From assembly GCF_030684315.1 (NCBI RefSeq), contig NC_081378.1:30800571-30864570 (forward strand): DNA of 64,000 nucleotides, in the 5' to 3' direction. The notes below the pieces were generated by a model that worked only from the letters and a program-made list of their open reading frames with translations, made no database searches and was not told the DNA's origin. Each line of letters opens with the position of its first letter. Within the stretch, counting starts at the first letter, position 1. Source of the DNA: Stegostoma tigrinum (taxonomy: Eukaryota). Below, in pieces: positions 1-13,088 of this stretch. The position numbers and the translations under genes were made by a program.

Positions 1-1336
1 AGGAAAGGTTGCATACAGAAAAAGCCAGCTTATGAAATAAAAGTGTAAAGGTTTTAAAGCCTCTATCTTTAAAATTTCACTAAGAAATTTCCAACAGCAA
101 TCTTTTAGAATGGTTCAGCCCACAACCATAATAGAAGTTATAATAAAATGTGAAAAAAAAAGTTGAGGTGTTTGCTTGCCAAAATACATACATATATCAA
201 TTGAAAATTTTGTGAGCATTGTTTAGTTACTGTGATTGATACTGTGATGTAGTAAAGGAAATTTTGTTCTCATATTAATTGAGGGATGAATGTTGGAATT
301 TAGTGTAACTGATTGAAGTTCATCCCACTGGTGGGAGACGCAGTAGGAGAGACGTAGATTTCTGTTGCGGAAGTCCAGGCAGATTAATTGCCTGTCACTA
401 GCCAGTCTTGCACCTTCCCTGGCAATTAGAACTCTGTGATAGACATTCTGCTTGCTGTAAACTGCTGGCCAATCAGAGGTAAGTATCTCTCAATTACGGA
501 CAGTGTTCGAGTCTGCATTGCCTGTTGCTGCAAAGGTAGGCAAAGATTGAAGGGTCTGAGCTATACATTTGTGAGGGAGAGAGTGGGGGTCGGACCAAGG
601 GCAGAAGTTAGACTTTCAATTCCTAAACCTTGTCTAATACCAGGTCCTTCAAACAGGCATAATAGTGTCCTGAAAGAAAGGATTCTCCCTACCTGAACCC
701 ACAAATCCCAACATGGCTGTCCGGAAGGTCTTCTAGAGGCATAAAAATTCATGCCACACAAAAAATCTGTGAGGTACTGTTAAATTCCAGGGGATTCAGA
801 GATGATTGGTATCAGTTGACTGATTAATAAACCTGATTAATACTCTATGTTGACTTCCAATTTAACCATGGAAGGTTTACCCATAACCTGGAGACTTACA
901 TCTGGCCTCTCCTGCTGATTAAGCGGTGCCAGCCATCATGTTTTCCATTGCTACAGGCTGCCTTGTTCAAATGAAATCATTTTCTATCAAGCATTTCAGT
1001 TGCTGTGACTTAATCCTGAACAATAAATAATGTCAACATTCAGGCCAACAAAAAGTGATGAAAATCCTAGACTAGCAATGAAATGAACATGTTGCTGAAT
1101 ATTGGAAGGTCTGAACATGGTCACAATATATACATGAATAATAACGAAGCAATGATTGAATTAATTAACATGTGAAGAGAACTTTTTTTAAGATATAATC
1201 TGTATTTCATATCCATAATCTCCTCTTTCCAAATCAGTTGTATCCTTTAACTTCAGTCTGGAATTATTCATTTCACTTGACTGTATGTTTAGACAAACTA
1301 CCTGGTATTGCTATTTTGATCAAATAAGGTGTCTGA

Positions 1337-1530
1337 GGGCTCGGTAGTGCTCTTGTAGCGAAGCGTCCATACCTCTGAGCCAGGAGGCCCAGGTCCAAGT
1401 CCTAACTGCTTCAGACATGTGTCATAGCAGGTCGATTAGAAAATATCTGTCTGACAGCCTCTGAGGGGTGGCTGTGGAGGAATAGTAAGGTCACTGGGTT
1501 ACTAATCCAGGACTCTAGGTTAATGTTCTA
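1337..1530 (+). mobile_element. Two adjacent degenerate tRNA-derived SINE heads
   Basis: A/B-box-like segments (ggtagtgc...ggtccaagtcc). The second head (gtcactgggttactaatccagga) resembles the 5' end of the SINE at 40636. Confidence 0.5.
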
Positions 1531-2039
1531 GAAGTTTTGTGGTGCAAAGATAGTGTCCCTGCTTCTGAATCAGCAGGCATCCCTGTAACATTTCTGTATC
1601 GGAAGGTAAAATAAACTGTCTTTGAGACCATGAGGGCTGATATTCGTCTGTTCAAGAAGCTTTTCAAACAATGTATCTGTGGGGAGAAAATGACAAATAC
1701 TGATTGCCCACACAGTAATATTAGAAACTATCCCACTTTGGGATAAAAGGTTAATTGAGCTTGTTAAGGCCTAATCCATGATAATGAAGGGGTGCAGTCT
1801 TCTATAGCTGCAGAAATTGAATATTATACAGCTTTCGAGATGTGGTTTGAGTGAAAAACATTCAAAAGGATAAAAGAAATTCAGCTGAATCTCTCACCAC
1901 CTAGCTTATCTTCATCTTAACATAACTTTTATAAATGGAAAGAAAATGTTTAAACATAACCAGAATACCACCGAAGCAAGTTATTTCTGGTTGCAGTCAA
2001 TAAATGTCAATTTCAAGTTAGCATTACAGCAGGGCATCT

Positions 2040-2236
2040 ACAATCAGGATATTTGTGAATCAGATGGATTTTTACGAAAAGCTGGTATATTCACAGTGGC
2101 TGATACTGATAGCAGCTTTGTTGTTCTAGATTTATTTAACTAAATGAATTTATAATATCTAGAAACTAGGTGGGATTGGGAATTCATTATTCCAATCCTC
2201 TGAATTACTGGTTCAGTAATGCAACCTCTATACTAT
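2040..2236 (-). mobile_element. Old degenerate tRNA-derived SINE fragment
   Basis: Patchy similarity to the minus-strand SINE copies at 25905 and 63012. Confidence 0.45.
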
Positions 2237-2689
2237 TGCATTTCAGGTTGAATGTGTCAGAATTATTGATTAAACTCTTTTTTGATGAATTAATGAACAG
2301 GAAATTGATTGGTGCCAGTGATACCTATAAAGTAGCAGCTAGCATGAATGTTGTAGGTTGTGTTCACCTTTATAATTACTGGCAGCCCTGTTTATAAGTT
2401 TTAGGGCACCCATATGTTTTCCTGAAGCAGATGACATTGATCGGTAGCTCACAACTAAACACCAAATCTCCAGGAGCAAAATCAGTGCAAGATAACTGTA
2501 CCTTAACTTCTAGATATAATGTATAGTAACAGTGGATGGCCTGTACAGTAATATTTTTAGTACATTGTTAGACTTTTTTCTGCTTCTGATCATTCAACTT
2601 TAATAAAATCAATTGACAAGGAGTGAAGAAACCCAATTTTGTGTAAAATGTACTATTTCCCATAACTAATTCAGCACCAGGATTAGATA

Positions 2690-3268
2690 CATCATGGGCC
2701 TCCTGCAGTGCCACAATGATGCCACCCGAAGGTTGCAGAAACAGCAACTCATATTCCGCTTGGGAACCCTGCAGCCCAATGGTATCAATGTGGACTTCAC
2801 CAGCTTCAAAATCTCCCCTTCCCCCACCGCATCCCAAAACCAGCCCAGTTCGTCCCTTCCCCCCACTGCACCACACAACCAGGCCAGCTCTTCCCCTCCA
2901 CCCACTGCATCCCAAAACCAGTCCAACCTGTCTCTGCCTCCCTAACCTGTTCTTCCTCTCACCCATCCCTTCCTCCCACCCCAAGCTGCACCTCCATCTC
3001 CTACCTACTAACCTCATCCCACCTCCTTGACCTGTCTGTCTTCCCTGGACTGACCTATACCCTCCCTACCTCCCCACCTATACTCTCCTCTCCACCTATC
3101 TTCTTTTCTCTCCATCTTCGGTCCGCCTCCCCCTCTCTCCCTATTTATTCCAGAACCCTCACCCCATCCCCCTCTCTGATGAAGGGTCTAGGCCTGAAAT
3201 GTCAGCTTTTGTGCTCCTGAGATGCTGCTGGGCCTGCTGCGTTCATCCAGCCTCACATTTTATTATCT
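2690..3268 (+). mobile_element. Penelope-like element (Neptune-type, family A), 5'-truncated: end of GIY-YIG domain plus pLTR
   Basis: ORF 2694-2945 (MGLLQCHNDATRRLQKQQLIFRLGTLQPNGIN) is near-identical to the copies at 13-18 kb. Possible TSD ttagataca/ttaaataca. Confidence 0.93.
3174..3205 (+). ncRNA. Minimal type I hammerhead ribozyme motif (family A, CpG-decayed)
   Basis: ct-CTGATGA-a-gggt-ctag-gcct-GAAA-tg-TC-ag. Confidence 0.75.
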
Positions 3269-4021
3269 TAAATACAACCTTCCAAGTTTGTCTGTTATAA
3301 ATAACAACCTGCGGCAACACTGTATATTTTTTGTATATAGGGTTTCCTTTTCCTTTTAAACGACTGATGCCTGTCTCTCTGTCTTTTCTCCTGGTTTCAT
3401 TTCCAAGGGATGAGTCATGGACTATCACTGCATTGGTCCATACTGTGGGCAAAGTGGTACAATAGTTTATCATTGTCTTCTGCAGGGTGGCTGACCACGA
3501 CACATTCCTAAACCAGTGCATTGGAAGGATTCTCCTCTGATAATCAAGCCGTTTGACCACATCACAAACATATCATTGTTGGCCAATGTGGCGTGGGTGT
3601 AATTCCAAAACTTCTGGTCCTGTGGTAGGGACGCTAACACTGTGTCACAAGATCTCAAACAACAAGATAACATGACTAAAATAGTTGCGTATAACTGCGA
3701 GCAGAAGCAATTTTAGCTAATTGGATGAATTGAAATGGTAAATATTTTGAATAATCTTTCTTTTTCAGATTAAATTTAAGAACAGATTGTGAGTCTCTAC
3801 GTGCTTTTAATGCTGTTACAGTTCACTCGATTGAAGAGTGGGCTAAAACTTACAATATGGGGACAGTGTCACTGATGAGACTGCGGATCTTGAGGGAGTT
3901 CCAATACATGGACGTGTGAAGTCTAGAAGTCTAATTGCCAGTTTCATTCCGCTGGACTGATACATGATTCCCTATGATACATCAGATGACCTGAACGATT
4001 GCAGCTTGGGAGCAAATCAGT

Positions 4022-4115
4022 GTCTGATGAAGTCACGTAGACTTGAAACATTAGTTTGCTTTGTCTCCATGGGTGCTGCCTGACCCGCTGTGGTCTCCAG
4101 AATTTTTTGTTTTCA
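4022..4115 (+). mobile_element. Old pLTR fragment with hammerhead-like core
   Basis: CTGATGA-agtc-acgta-gact-t-GAAA-ca-TT followed by a degenerate pLTR body (gtgctgcctgacccgctg...ctccag). Confidence 0.6.
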
Positions 4116-4189
4116 ATGGAAGTTTGGGGTTGTTTACTATACTTACTCTGGCTTAAATACTGATTTGCACAGAGGATTTTTGTGAGGTG

Positions 4190-5340
4190 AATGACCATTG
4201 TCAAGTACATTGGAAATAATATGGGGGTTGAATATGCCCTTGACTCCAGTCCAAATTATGGGATGAACTGTTTCAGATCTTCTACCAAGACAGTTATAGT
4301 CAACTCATTGTGAAAAAGTTTCAGGTTTGTGATGAAATTTCTTAGATGCCCTAATCTCTGGAAAAGTATCAACAGAGCCTTGGGACTTACTGAATCAAAT
4401 GATTTTGTGGAATCAATGAACAAAATTAAAATTTCTTGGTGTTGTCGCAGACATTTTTCTTGGGATTTGTCTGACAAGAAATTCCATGTCAGAGGTTCCT
4501 GTGGAAGGTCTAAAGTCGCACTATGTCTCTGACAGATTTCCTAAACCACATGGAGAGAGTGATTCAGGAGAATGTGGTTCTGGAATTTCCCTGCTATGAT
4601 TAACATTAAATACCTCAAAATAATTTCCATAGCATGATTTATCTCCCTTCTTGAAGATTGCTGCAATTGTATTTCTGAGCGAGGCAATGGGAGGGGTTAG
4701 TTATCCTCCCAAATCTGTAGGTTGCATGCAAGGACTTTTATTCTGAACAAAGCCCACAAATTGGAAGATTTCAGCTGGCAATTATCTGGGCAGCAGACTT
4801 TGCTGTTATTCCTGTTTTATTATTGCTGCAACTCTCTTGCTGATGGTGGTTCAACTATTAATTTGACAGTGGGTACTAAGGAGATTATCAGTAGCTATTG
4901 TGGGTTCATGTTTGGGAAGCTGTTAGACATGCTCCTTCCAGCATTGCTAAATGGATAGTCATCCTTAAGAACAGAGACACCATCTAGAAAGCAAATGGGA
5001 GTCTATCTGTTTGCCATTATTGTGCAGATGACCCTGTTGGCTTCAAATAAAGCTTTCAATGCTGTGGCAGTCAGCATTCTGTTTGGAAGAGAAAGTCTGA
5101 GACGTCCCCATCATTTCTTTTTTCTTATGTTCAAGATTTATCTTTGGCCATTAGTGTTGAGCTCTTAAAATGCTGCCTTCTCCACTTGCAACCTTGGGTT
5201 GTTCTGCTGGTAATGGAAGCTGCTCATTTTTCTTCCAGGAGGTCACATATTTCTGTAATATTCTTATCATCCAGTCCTGTTTGAACATGATGGGTTGGCC
5301 ATGGGTATCTAGTACAGCTGACTTCATTTTATCCCACTTT
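4190..5340 (-). mobile_element. RTE-clade LINE remnant (RT region)
   Basis: ORF 4256-4477 QEKCLRQHQEILILFIDSTKSFDSVS resembles the RTE motif QEKCxEQxxxLYxxFVDLTKAFDTV. Many stops and frameshifts. Confidence 0.8.
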
Positions 5341-5794
5341 AGTGAAATTGGTGGCCTGCAAGGAAAAAAGAGACAGGCAGAAAAGTGCATCAATAAACTA
5401 GTTAGGTATCAGTAAAATCTGAACTAAGTGATAAATGTGTGATTGATTAATATTGCACATCTTGAGGACAGTTTTATTTGGAAAGAAAGCACCAACACCA
5501 ACCATAAATTGAGCAATGCTTCTATGCCATCCACAATGTTGAGTCAACATGCTGAAGTGGACAGAACTTGAGAGAACTTTCACTTTGAAAACAATTTCTA
5601 GACAGATTTTGATGCTATCTTTCTATGAATAACTGTGAGGCATATGGAAAAACAGATACCAATATCTAAGAGAAATTGGTGTATAACAAATTTTCCAATG
5701 AATCAGATATGGTACATCGGCTTAGCTGACTAAAATAATAATATATTTTTCTTAGGCTTTAACTAGATAATTCTGTCCTTTATAGTGGCATACA

Positions 5795-5938
5795 GATAGT
5801 GGAATCAAGGGTTATGGGGATAAGGCAGGAACAGGATACTGATTGTGGATGATCAGCCATGATCATAATGAATGGAGGTGCTGGCTCGAAGGGCCGAATG
5901 GCCTACTCCAGCACCTATTGTCTATTGCCTATTGTCTA
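5795..5938 (+). mobile_element. CR1/HER1-like LINE 3' end
   Basis: gatcagccatgatcataatgaatgg...gaagggccgaatggcctactcc followed by a (ctattgt)n tail. Confidence 0.85.
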
Positions 5939-8900
5939 CAATCTGCTAATTGTACAACTGTATTAACAAATGCACAGTTTTAGATTCAAAAATATCTGGT
6001 GACAGTGCAGCAGCTCCTTCTATAAGTGCTTTAGACTCTCCTGAAAAATAAAAGGATCTGACCTTTCTTTCCATAGAAAATCTCCAAATTTTGCATTAAT
6101 CCTTAATTGTGTTTTAAAGGTCATTTAATCTAACATGTTTATGTGTAAAATAACACACTCCTGCAAGTTTTTTCTAATGCATTGAAATTCCATGGTTATC
6201 ATGGTTTAACTCATGGACTATCACACAAATATGTTAGTCATGATTTGTTTTCACCCCTGACATTTATTACATAATACTAGAGTTTCTCTTAATGTTTTAT
6301 TTCAACTGATTATTACATATGTAATTGTTATCCATGATAGATAAGATATTATCCATTTTCACACTGAAATCATTCGACAAATTGTAATTTATAAACTTAC
6401 ACTCTTTGGAGAATGTGAAAAAGAAAATTACGCAAGAGATATTAGATTAAACATCAAATTCTACAGAGATTGATAAGCCAATAAGGCAGATATTGATGCT
6501 GGCTTCGGGAAAATTATAACGTAAACAGAAAAGATATTCAGCAGTTCAGGCAGTATGCAGGGGAGATAAACAGAGCTCATGGGCACCATTTGCCATTTTT
6601 TTCTCAAAGTGGGGGTGAATGCGTTGTCTGGCAGCTAACCTGTTCATTTGCAGATGAAATAACTCATCAGATCACTTGGCAATCAGCCCACTAAGAGCTG
6701 ATAGGTGAATGAAGATGAGCAACATGTCCATTTACAGGCGTCAATACTGATGGTGTCCATCATAGAAACTGGTGGCCAATCAAAAGTCATTTTATTTCTG
6801 GATCCTAAAATCCATGGGTCAAGACCTTCTCCTTGGGGCATCCAGTGGCAAAAAAGGTAAGTCTGTCTTTTTTTTTGTCTTGTAGGCTGGGAGCCACGTG
6901 GAGGGAGAAGTCAAAATTTTGGAAGAAAGTGTAGGAGGTGGCTTTCAGAGGCTATGCTTTTGACCCTCATTGATGCCTCCACTTGGCCCCATAACATATT
7001 ATCAGAGTTTTTGAAATTAGCCTCATTCTTCATTGACAAGGGAGACAAATGATCGGGTGAGTTACGGCCTATGAGTAGTCATTAACTGACCACTTAAAGA
7101 CCTGAATTGCTGATGAGTCTATAAACTCAAATATTGACCTTCTTGCCCAGCATTTAATTGCCCAGAAAAAAAATCAATAATCTGGATCATTTAAAATTGC
7201 CAAAATCAAGAAGTGCTTATGTCCATAAATCATAATGTAACATTAATAAATTGATATCAAAATATTGAGTCTTTGGAGACAGAGATAAAGTGAAGTTCAA
7301 GCTGTTGAATCTAAGTATTGATGATCGGAACACTGACACTGGAATTTTAAAATTAAAACAGAAAATCTTAGCAATTCAGAGGAGTTTTTTTTAGGAAAAA
7401 TGGAGCTGATTATTTGAATGTGATCGCTCACCTGGTACGGCTGGTCTTGAAAATAAACTTTCTTTCAGGCACTGTGCAGTACCATCATCCTCAGCATTTA
7501 AATGCTGCACATTTTGGCATACAATTTCATAAAGCTAAACACTGATTTTTAACCACTTCTTTAAAGGTTACATTTTGAACATTCAAATCTCCTCCTATGA
7601 AGATTGTTTGACATAAAAATGACAAAATTTTGATCAGTAAACATAACAAGCTCTTGGTACAATAGAATGTGTGCGTGATTTTTGGACTAAACACTAATTT
7701 GAATATTTCAAACAAAATGGTGTCTGCATAGAAAATAGTGCTCTCAGCATTAAACAGTCTGTATTTGAAATTTATCTCAGAATTTCTAAATGACTATAAT
7801 GTGATGGCAAGTCAATAATATTGTTTTAATGAATAAATGGCAGAAACAATTTTGCAGTTATTAAATTTTGCAACTTGCAATGGAAGTAAAAACAGCATAA
7901 GGAAGAATAGAATGATTTGTTCTTTGTCTTTACATAAACAAAAAGAATGTGTCCAAAGACACATTTAGCTGCCTATGCTAACAATGTTACTACTGCAGAA
8001 GAAAGTCAAGTTATTCTGCAACACATGACAGAAATAACATTGATTCAATGAATCTTGACCATGAATCATATGAATAGAAACCTGCAATAAGATATACTTG
8101 CAGAAGTAGGGTCAGTCTGGTGGAGCATTACATCTGTAATGTTGTAATCAAAGCCCTAATACCGAAAATTGATGCTACCCCATACTCATATCATAATCAT
8201 TTTGGCATCCTGTTTAATATGAGTAATAGGAACCACGTCAAGCTGATTGAGGTCCCATACCCAAATTCGAGCAACTTCTCATAATGCAATTAAGCTCATG
8301 AGAATCACAATTATAATGTGTATAAGCTGTGCTAATCAAAATGCAAAGCTATCATAACTAAATATTGTGTATGCTGTGAATTTGAAATAAAACCTGAAAA
8401 TTTTGAAACTGTTAAGCATGTCTGGCAGCATCTCTGTTTCTCCCTCCATAGATGCAATCATACAAGGTCAGCACATTTGATGGAGGTGAAGGGATACGTA
8501 ATATCAAAGAAACACTAGTCCCTGTAGCATGGTACTGGGAGTGTGTTATCTGTTGAATTTCTTTTAAATCCAGAACTGCCCATTTTTTGGGAAATGTATT
8601 GCACCAAGGGCTGATTTTCCTTTACTGCGGCACCATATAGCACACAAAAGATTTATGCAATGCAGTGGAAGACAAATGCTTCAGTCCAATTTGCTACAGA
8701 ATTGCATTCCACTAAATTTTATCCAAGTCCCTTCTGGCACCATTATTAGCTATCTGTGCCTGAAGAAGACATAGCAACATACACTCCGTGCAACCTATGA
8801 TATTAGTATTTATATTCCAAAGAAAAAGCATTGGTTAAATCAAGAAGACTAATGCATCGCAGAAATTCTGGTGCTACTGATTCTAAAACTGCAAATTAAA

Positions 8901-10519
8901 TGTCTTACAGAACAGGTTCGCATGGCCTGGAGATATATTTATTGTTTGAGTGAGGGGCATCAGGATTGCAGGTATTACTGCCATCCCAAACATGCAACAG
9001 AGTCACCCACTTCTTCACAGGGGAAAACTTTCAATAAAAGGAAAGCCTGCCAACATACAACTTATAACTTGTCGCACAAATTCTTCATTGGGAAGTATTC
9101 AGATTAAAGTCTGCCCGTGTTACCTACTAGATAACATAAATAGCAGCCCAAGTTTAGGCTTTCTCACTTTCTGAGTTAGTTAAGGTTTCTTTGTGTTCAA
9201 GATTTCTTTAATGGAGCAATACATTAATGTACCATACATTCTATCTTAAGTTCATCCTCTGTTCTTAATAATTATTAACCTGTAAGGATTCACTTTTATT
9301 TCGAGGAGTAGGGCAGATTTTTTTTAAAAACCTTTTTCACCTCTACACGATACACCTTAGAAATCCAATGCACACTATGGATAAATCATATTAACCACAG
9401 TTCACAGAGATCAAAGAAATAATTGTTTCATCCTATCTTGTCAAAAATGCCAGTTGTTACTCTTTTCATTTGTTTATTTGCATCCTGTGTAAAATTATCT
9501 TTTGAAGCCAGTTACTTGTCAAGCACAGAATTTTTATGTAAACCAAACTGTTCCAACATTCACAGAAATTTGGAAGAATATTCAAAGTTTGACCTTTAAA
9601 GAAATGCATTAAAATTGACATTTTATTCACTCCAAAACTGCATGCAAGCCATTCATTGTAGTTTATTTAGATTAAAAATGCAAAGGCTATTAATTGTACA
9701 TGTATTACAGCATGCAATTTTATATATTAAATGTATATGTGCAATTCCACATGTTTAATGGATTGATTGAAGATCAAGATTACTCACACAAAATCCAATT
9801 ACAGCGAGTTTGAAGTAAACAATCTTCCGGCTTTGATACCCCAAACGGGTGACATTCTGAAATCAGACATAGCTGTGGTCTCGTATTTTGCTCTAATCTT
9901 ATTTTATCCAAAATGAGTGTTGAGTTAGTTGATCGAAGCTGGAGATATGACCAGAGTATTGAAATAGGCCTTATTGTACCTATCAAAGGAATCAAGCTAA
10001 TAACAGGTTTTACTAACCCTTCATGTGCTAAAATATTGCATTGGAGTTGCCTGTAATTCCTTCGAGTATTTTATTGTAACCATTTGCTGCTGAAATCTTT
10101 TGAGAACTTGTTAAAAATATGATTCTTTTTTCAAATGAGCGTTTCTCCACATCACACTATTATAAATAGCATTTCATTTGGACATCACTTATTTTTCTAT
10201 CACCAAACACATTAATACTTCATTCAACAGTGCAAGAAGAATGCATCTTGCTGGTCCATTCGTATTTTGATGGGATCAAAGGAGTTTAATTTAAAGGAAG
10301 AATTCTACAAAATAGTCTGAATATAATTGCATTTTTGTCTATACATAGACATTGCATTTCAATGCATATTGACATTTATTACTGACCTATCGGAACCAAG
10401 ATTGTATGCAAAGTCTGAGAAGGTAAGCATAACAGGCCCATGCATTTTTCAGTTATAATTCTCCTCAGCTGATGGTCCCAGCATGATTATCTCCAGGGCA
10501 ACGAGATTAGAAAATAGTT

Positions 10520-10640
10520 GAGTTGCAAATGCTGGAACTACGAATCATAAACAGAAAATAATGGAAATAAACTGCAGGTTAGACAGCATCTAAGATGATA
10601 AAACAACATTTCAGACTCATGACCCTTCACTAGAACTGGA
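10520..10640 (-). mobile_element. Old pLTR fragment (family B-like)
   Basis: gcaaatgctggaa...cagcatct...catttcagactcatgacccttcactagaact matches the family B copies. Confidence 0.6.
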
Positions 10641-10868
10641 AAATATTACCGATGTGATAGTTTTAAGCAAATATAGACATAGACAATAGTGCACATGAGA
10701 GTGGGTAAATAGAGGAAATAACAAAAGGGAAGATCAATAGAAGAATGGAAGGAAAAAATAATTTCAAACACAAAAAGGATGAATGCACACTAAGGTTTTG
10801 GAGTAGATCTGAAGCTCGGTTTGCGGGTGTTGAGGTCGGTTAGCTCGCCAAGCTGGTTCGTTGTTCCA

Positions 10869-10907
10869 TAGACGTTTTGTTACCATACTTGGTAACATCC
10901 TCAGTGC
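10869..10907 (-). ncRNA. Minimal hammerhead ribozyme motif (family C; G12>A)
   Basis: Minus strand: gca-CTGAGGA-t-GTTACCA-agta-TGGTAAC-aAAA-cg-TC, with a perfect 7-bp stem II. Confidence 0.75.
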
Positions 10908-11802
10908 AGCCTCTGATCAAGCGTCAGTATATTTTCCCACCTGGTTTTTAAAATCTGGGTCCATTGCAATGGAATGCCTCACTTCCAGGTTTCCTCCGTA
11001 GTGGAATGTATATGAGGTAGAGTTCAATGTGTTTATTAATAGCCTGCTTGATGGAGTACTATGCTTCGAGGAATTCTCATGGTTGTCTCTACCTAGACTG
11101 TCCCAGGATCTTGAAGTTGTCCCAGTTGAAGTGGTGGTTCTCCTTGTCCATGTGGATTGAAATGAGTGGGTATTGGTCATGCCTTTTGTAGCCAGTTGGT
11201 GTTCATGTATTCTTGCTGTTAGTTTCCTTCCTGTTTGTCTGATTATAGTGTTCCTCACAGTCTCTGCAAGGGATCTTGTAGATGACATTGGTCCTGTCCA
11301 TGGCGGGGAGTGGATCTTTAATTGGGGTGAGCACTTGTTGTAGGGTTGACGTGGGCTTGTGTGCCAATCTGATGCCCAGCGGTCGTAGGAGTCTTGTGGT
11401 GAGTTCCGATGTGTTCCTGATGTAAGGTAGTGTGATGAGTGTGTCAGGGCATGTAGTCTGTTTCTGATTCTGTTCCTGTAGGCACCTCCTGACCCAGTTC
11501 TTTGGATATCCAATATCTTTGAACACTTAGAAGAGGTATTCTTCTTCCTCTTGGCATAATTCCATGTTTCTGCAGTGTGTTGTTGCCCTTTTAAATAGTG
11601 TTTGCACGCAGCTTCATTTGTGTGTGCTGAAATGGTTACTGTTGAAGTTCAACACCTGGTCTGCATGTGTGGCTTTTCAGTGTACTTTTGTTTGCAGTGC
11701 CTCATTTGTCTTGCGCTCTACCATGATGTCCAGGAATGGGAGTTGTTTTTGCTTCTCCTCTCCTCTCTGGTGAATTTTATTCCATTGACGGCGTTGTTTA
11801 TG

Positions 11803-12002
11803 AACATAGAACATTACAGAACAGTACAGGCCCTTCGGCCCTCGATGCTGTGCCGACCTGTCATACTGATCTGAAGCCCATCTAACCTACACTATTCCAT
11901 GTATGTCCATATGCGGTCCAATGATGACTGAAATGTACTTAAAGTTGCTGAATCTACTACCGTTGCAGGCAAAGTGTTCCATTCCCTTACTACTCTCTGA
12001 GT
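11803..12002 (-). mobile_element. CR1/HER1-like LINE 3' end inserted in PLE family C
   Basis: Reverse complement closely matches 48874-49045, including the (tgttcta)n tail. Confidence 0.88.
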
Positions 12003-12170
12003 TTGTGTCTCTCTTCTAATTTGGTCCATTTAATGATTGCACACCACAAAATGTAGTGATGGTGAAATAAGGACAGCCAATGTTGAAAATACAATCTAAC
12101 AATCCAGCAGCATTGGTGAAGAGAATAACAGAGTTTGTTTCAAGTCATGAGCTTTTGTTGCAAGTTGATC

Positions 12171-12514
12171 ATCATAGCATCCCCACAGTGTGAAAACAGG
12201 TCATTCAGCCTATTGAGTTCACATTGACCCTCCAAGGAATATCCCATACAGACCAACTTTATCCCTGCAACCCTGCACCTCCCATGGCCAACCCACTCAG
12301 CCTGTACACTCTTGGATACTATGGGCAATTTAGCATGGCCAATCCACCTAACCTGCATAATGTTTGTGGGAGGAAACTGAAGCACCCAGATGAAACCCAC
12401 ACAGACATGGAGAGAACATGCAAACTTCACAGAGATAATTGCCTGAGGCTGGGATTGAAGCTGGGTCCCTGGTACTGAGGCAGCAGTGCTAACCACTGCA
12501 GCACCACACCACCC
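12171..12514 (-). mobile_element. HE1-like (V-SINE) elasmobranch SINE
   Basis: tRNA-like head (gtggttagcactgctgcctca), central gggtttc...ggtgct...gtttcctcccaca domain and CR1-like tail. Confidence 0.85.
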
Positions 12515-12899
12515 TTGGCACAAGTAAAGAATCAAAAGTTAGGCCCAGAACTGGTATAAATGGCAACAGCAGGATCACCACGAACTTCTGGGGCCTAAAA
12601 TGAATGGGAAGGAAAGATTATGACATGAAATCATTGCAAGGATTTTTGAGTCCAGAGAGTTGCAAATAGCCTGTTTAAATGATGTGGTGCAGCTCCTTCG
12701 GCTTCTGCAGCCCTCATTAACAGAATGTAACAGGCAGAGAACAGAGCAGAAGTACAACTGAGAATTAAAGCATGATGACTCGTGATTTAGTGCACACTGA
12801 AATGATGTATTTTACAAAGTGGTGACCAAATCTGTGTCTGATCTTCCCCACACAGAAAACTGCATTGTGACCACAAAATACTGTATACTAAGTATTAAA

Positions 12900-13088
12900 G
12901 ACCCTAAATTCTGGAATACCCATCTAATGCCTCTCAGCTTCACTTTCTTTCTCTAAGACATATCTTAAAGCTACCTCTTTAACCAAGATTGTGGTCAATT
13001 GCCATAACATATGTGTATATGCCTTACATTTTATAATGCTCTTGTGAAGCAGCATGGAATCTTTTATAAAGCACTATATTAATGTGTT
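12900..13088 (+). mobile_element. L2-like LINE 3' end (target of the large PLE insertion)
   Basis: cttaaagctacctcttt...tgtgaagc...aaagcactatat resembles an L2 3' terminus. It continues after 18210 as atataaatg. Confidence 0.55.

Larger units (their letters stand above)
10795..12045 (-). mobile_element. Penelope/Poseidon-type PLE (family C), 5'-truncated, interrupted by a CR1 fragment
   Basis: ORF 11203-11526 reads ITLPYIRNTSE...HKPTSTL...KDPLP...NVIYKIPCRDC. The frameshifted continuation QTGRKLTARIHEH completes the GIY-YIG domain. pLTR at about 10795-10930. Confidence 0.9.
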
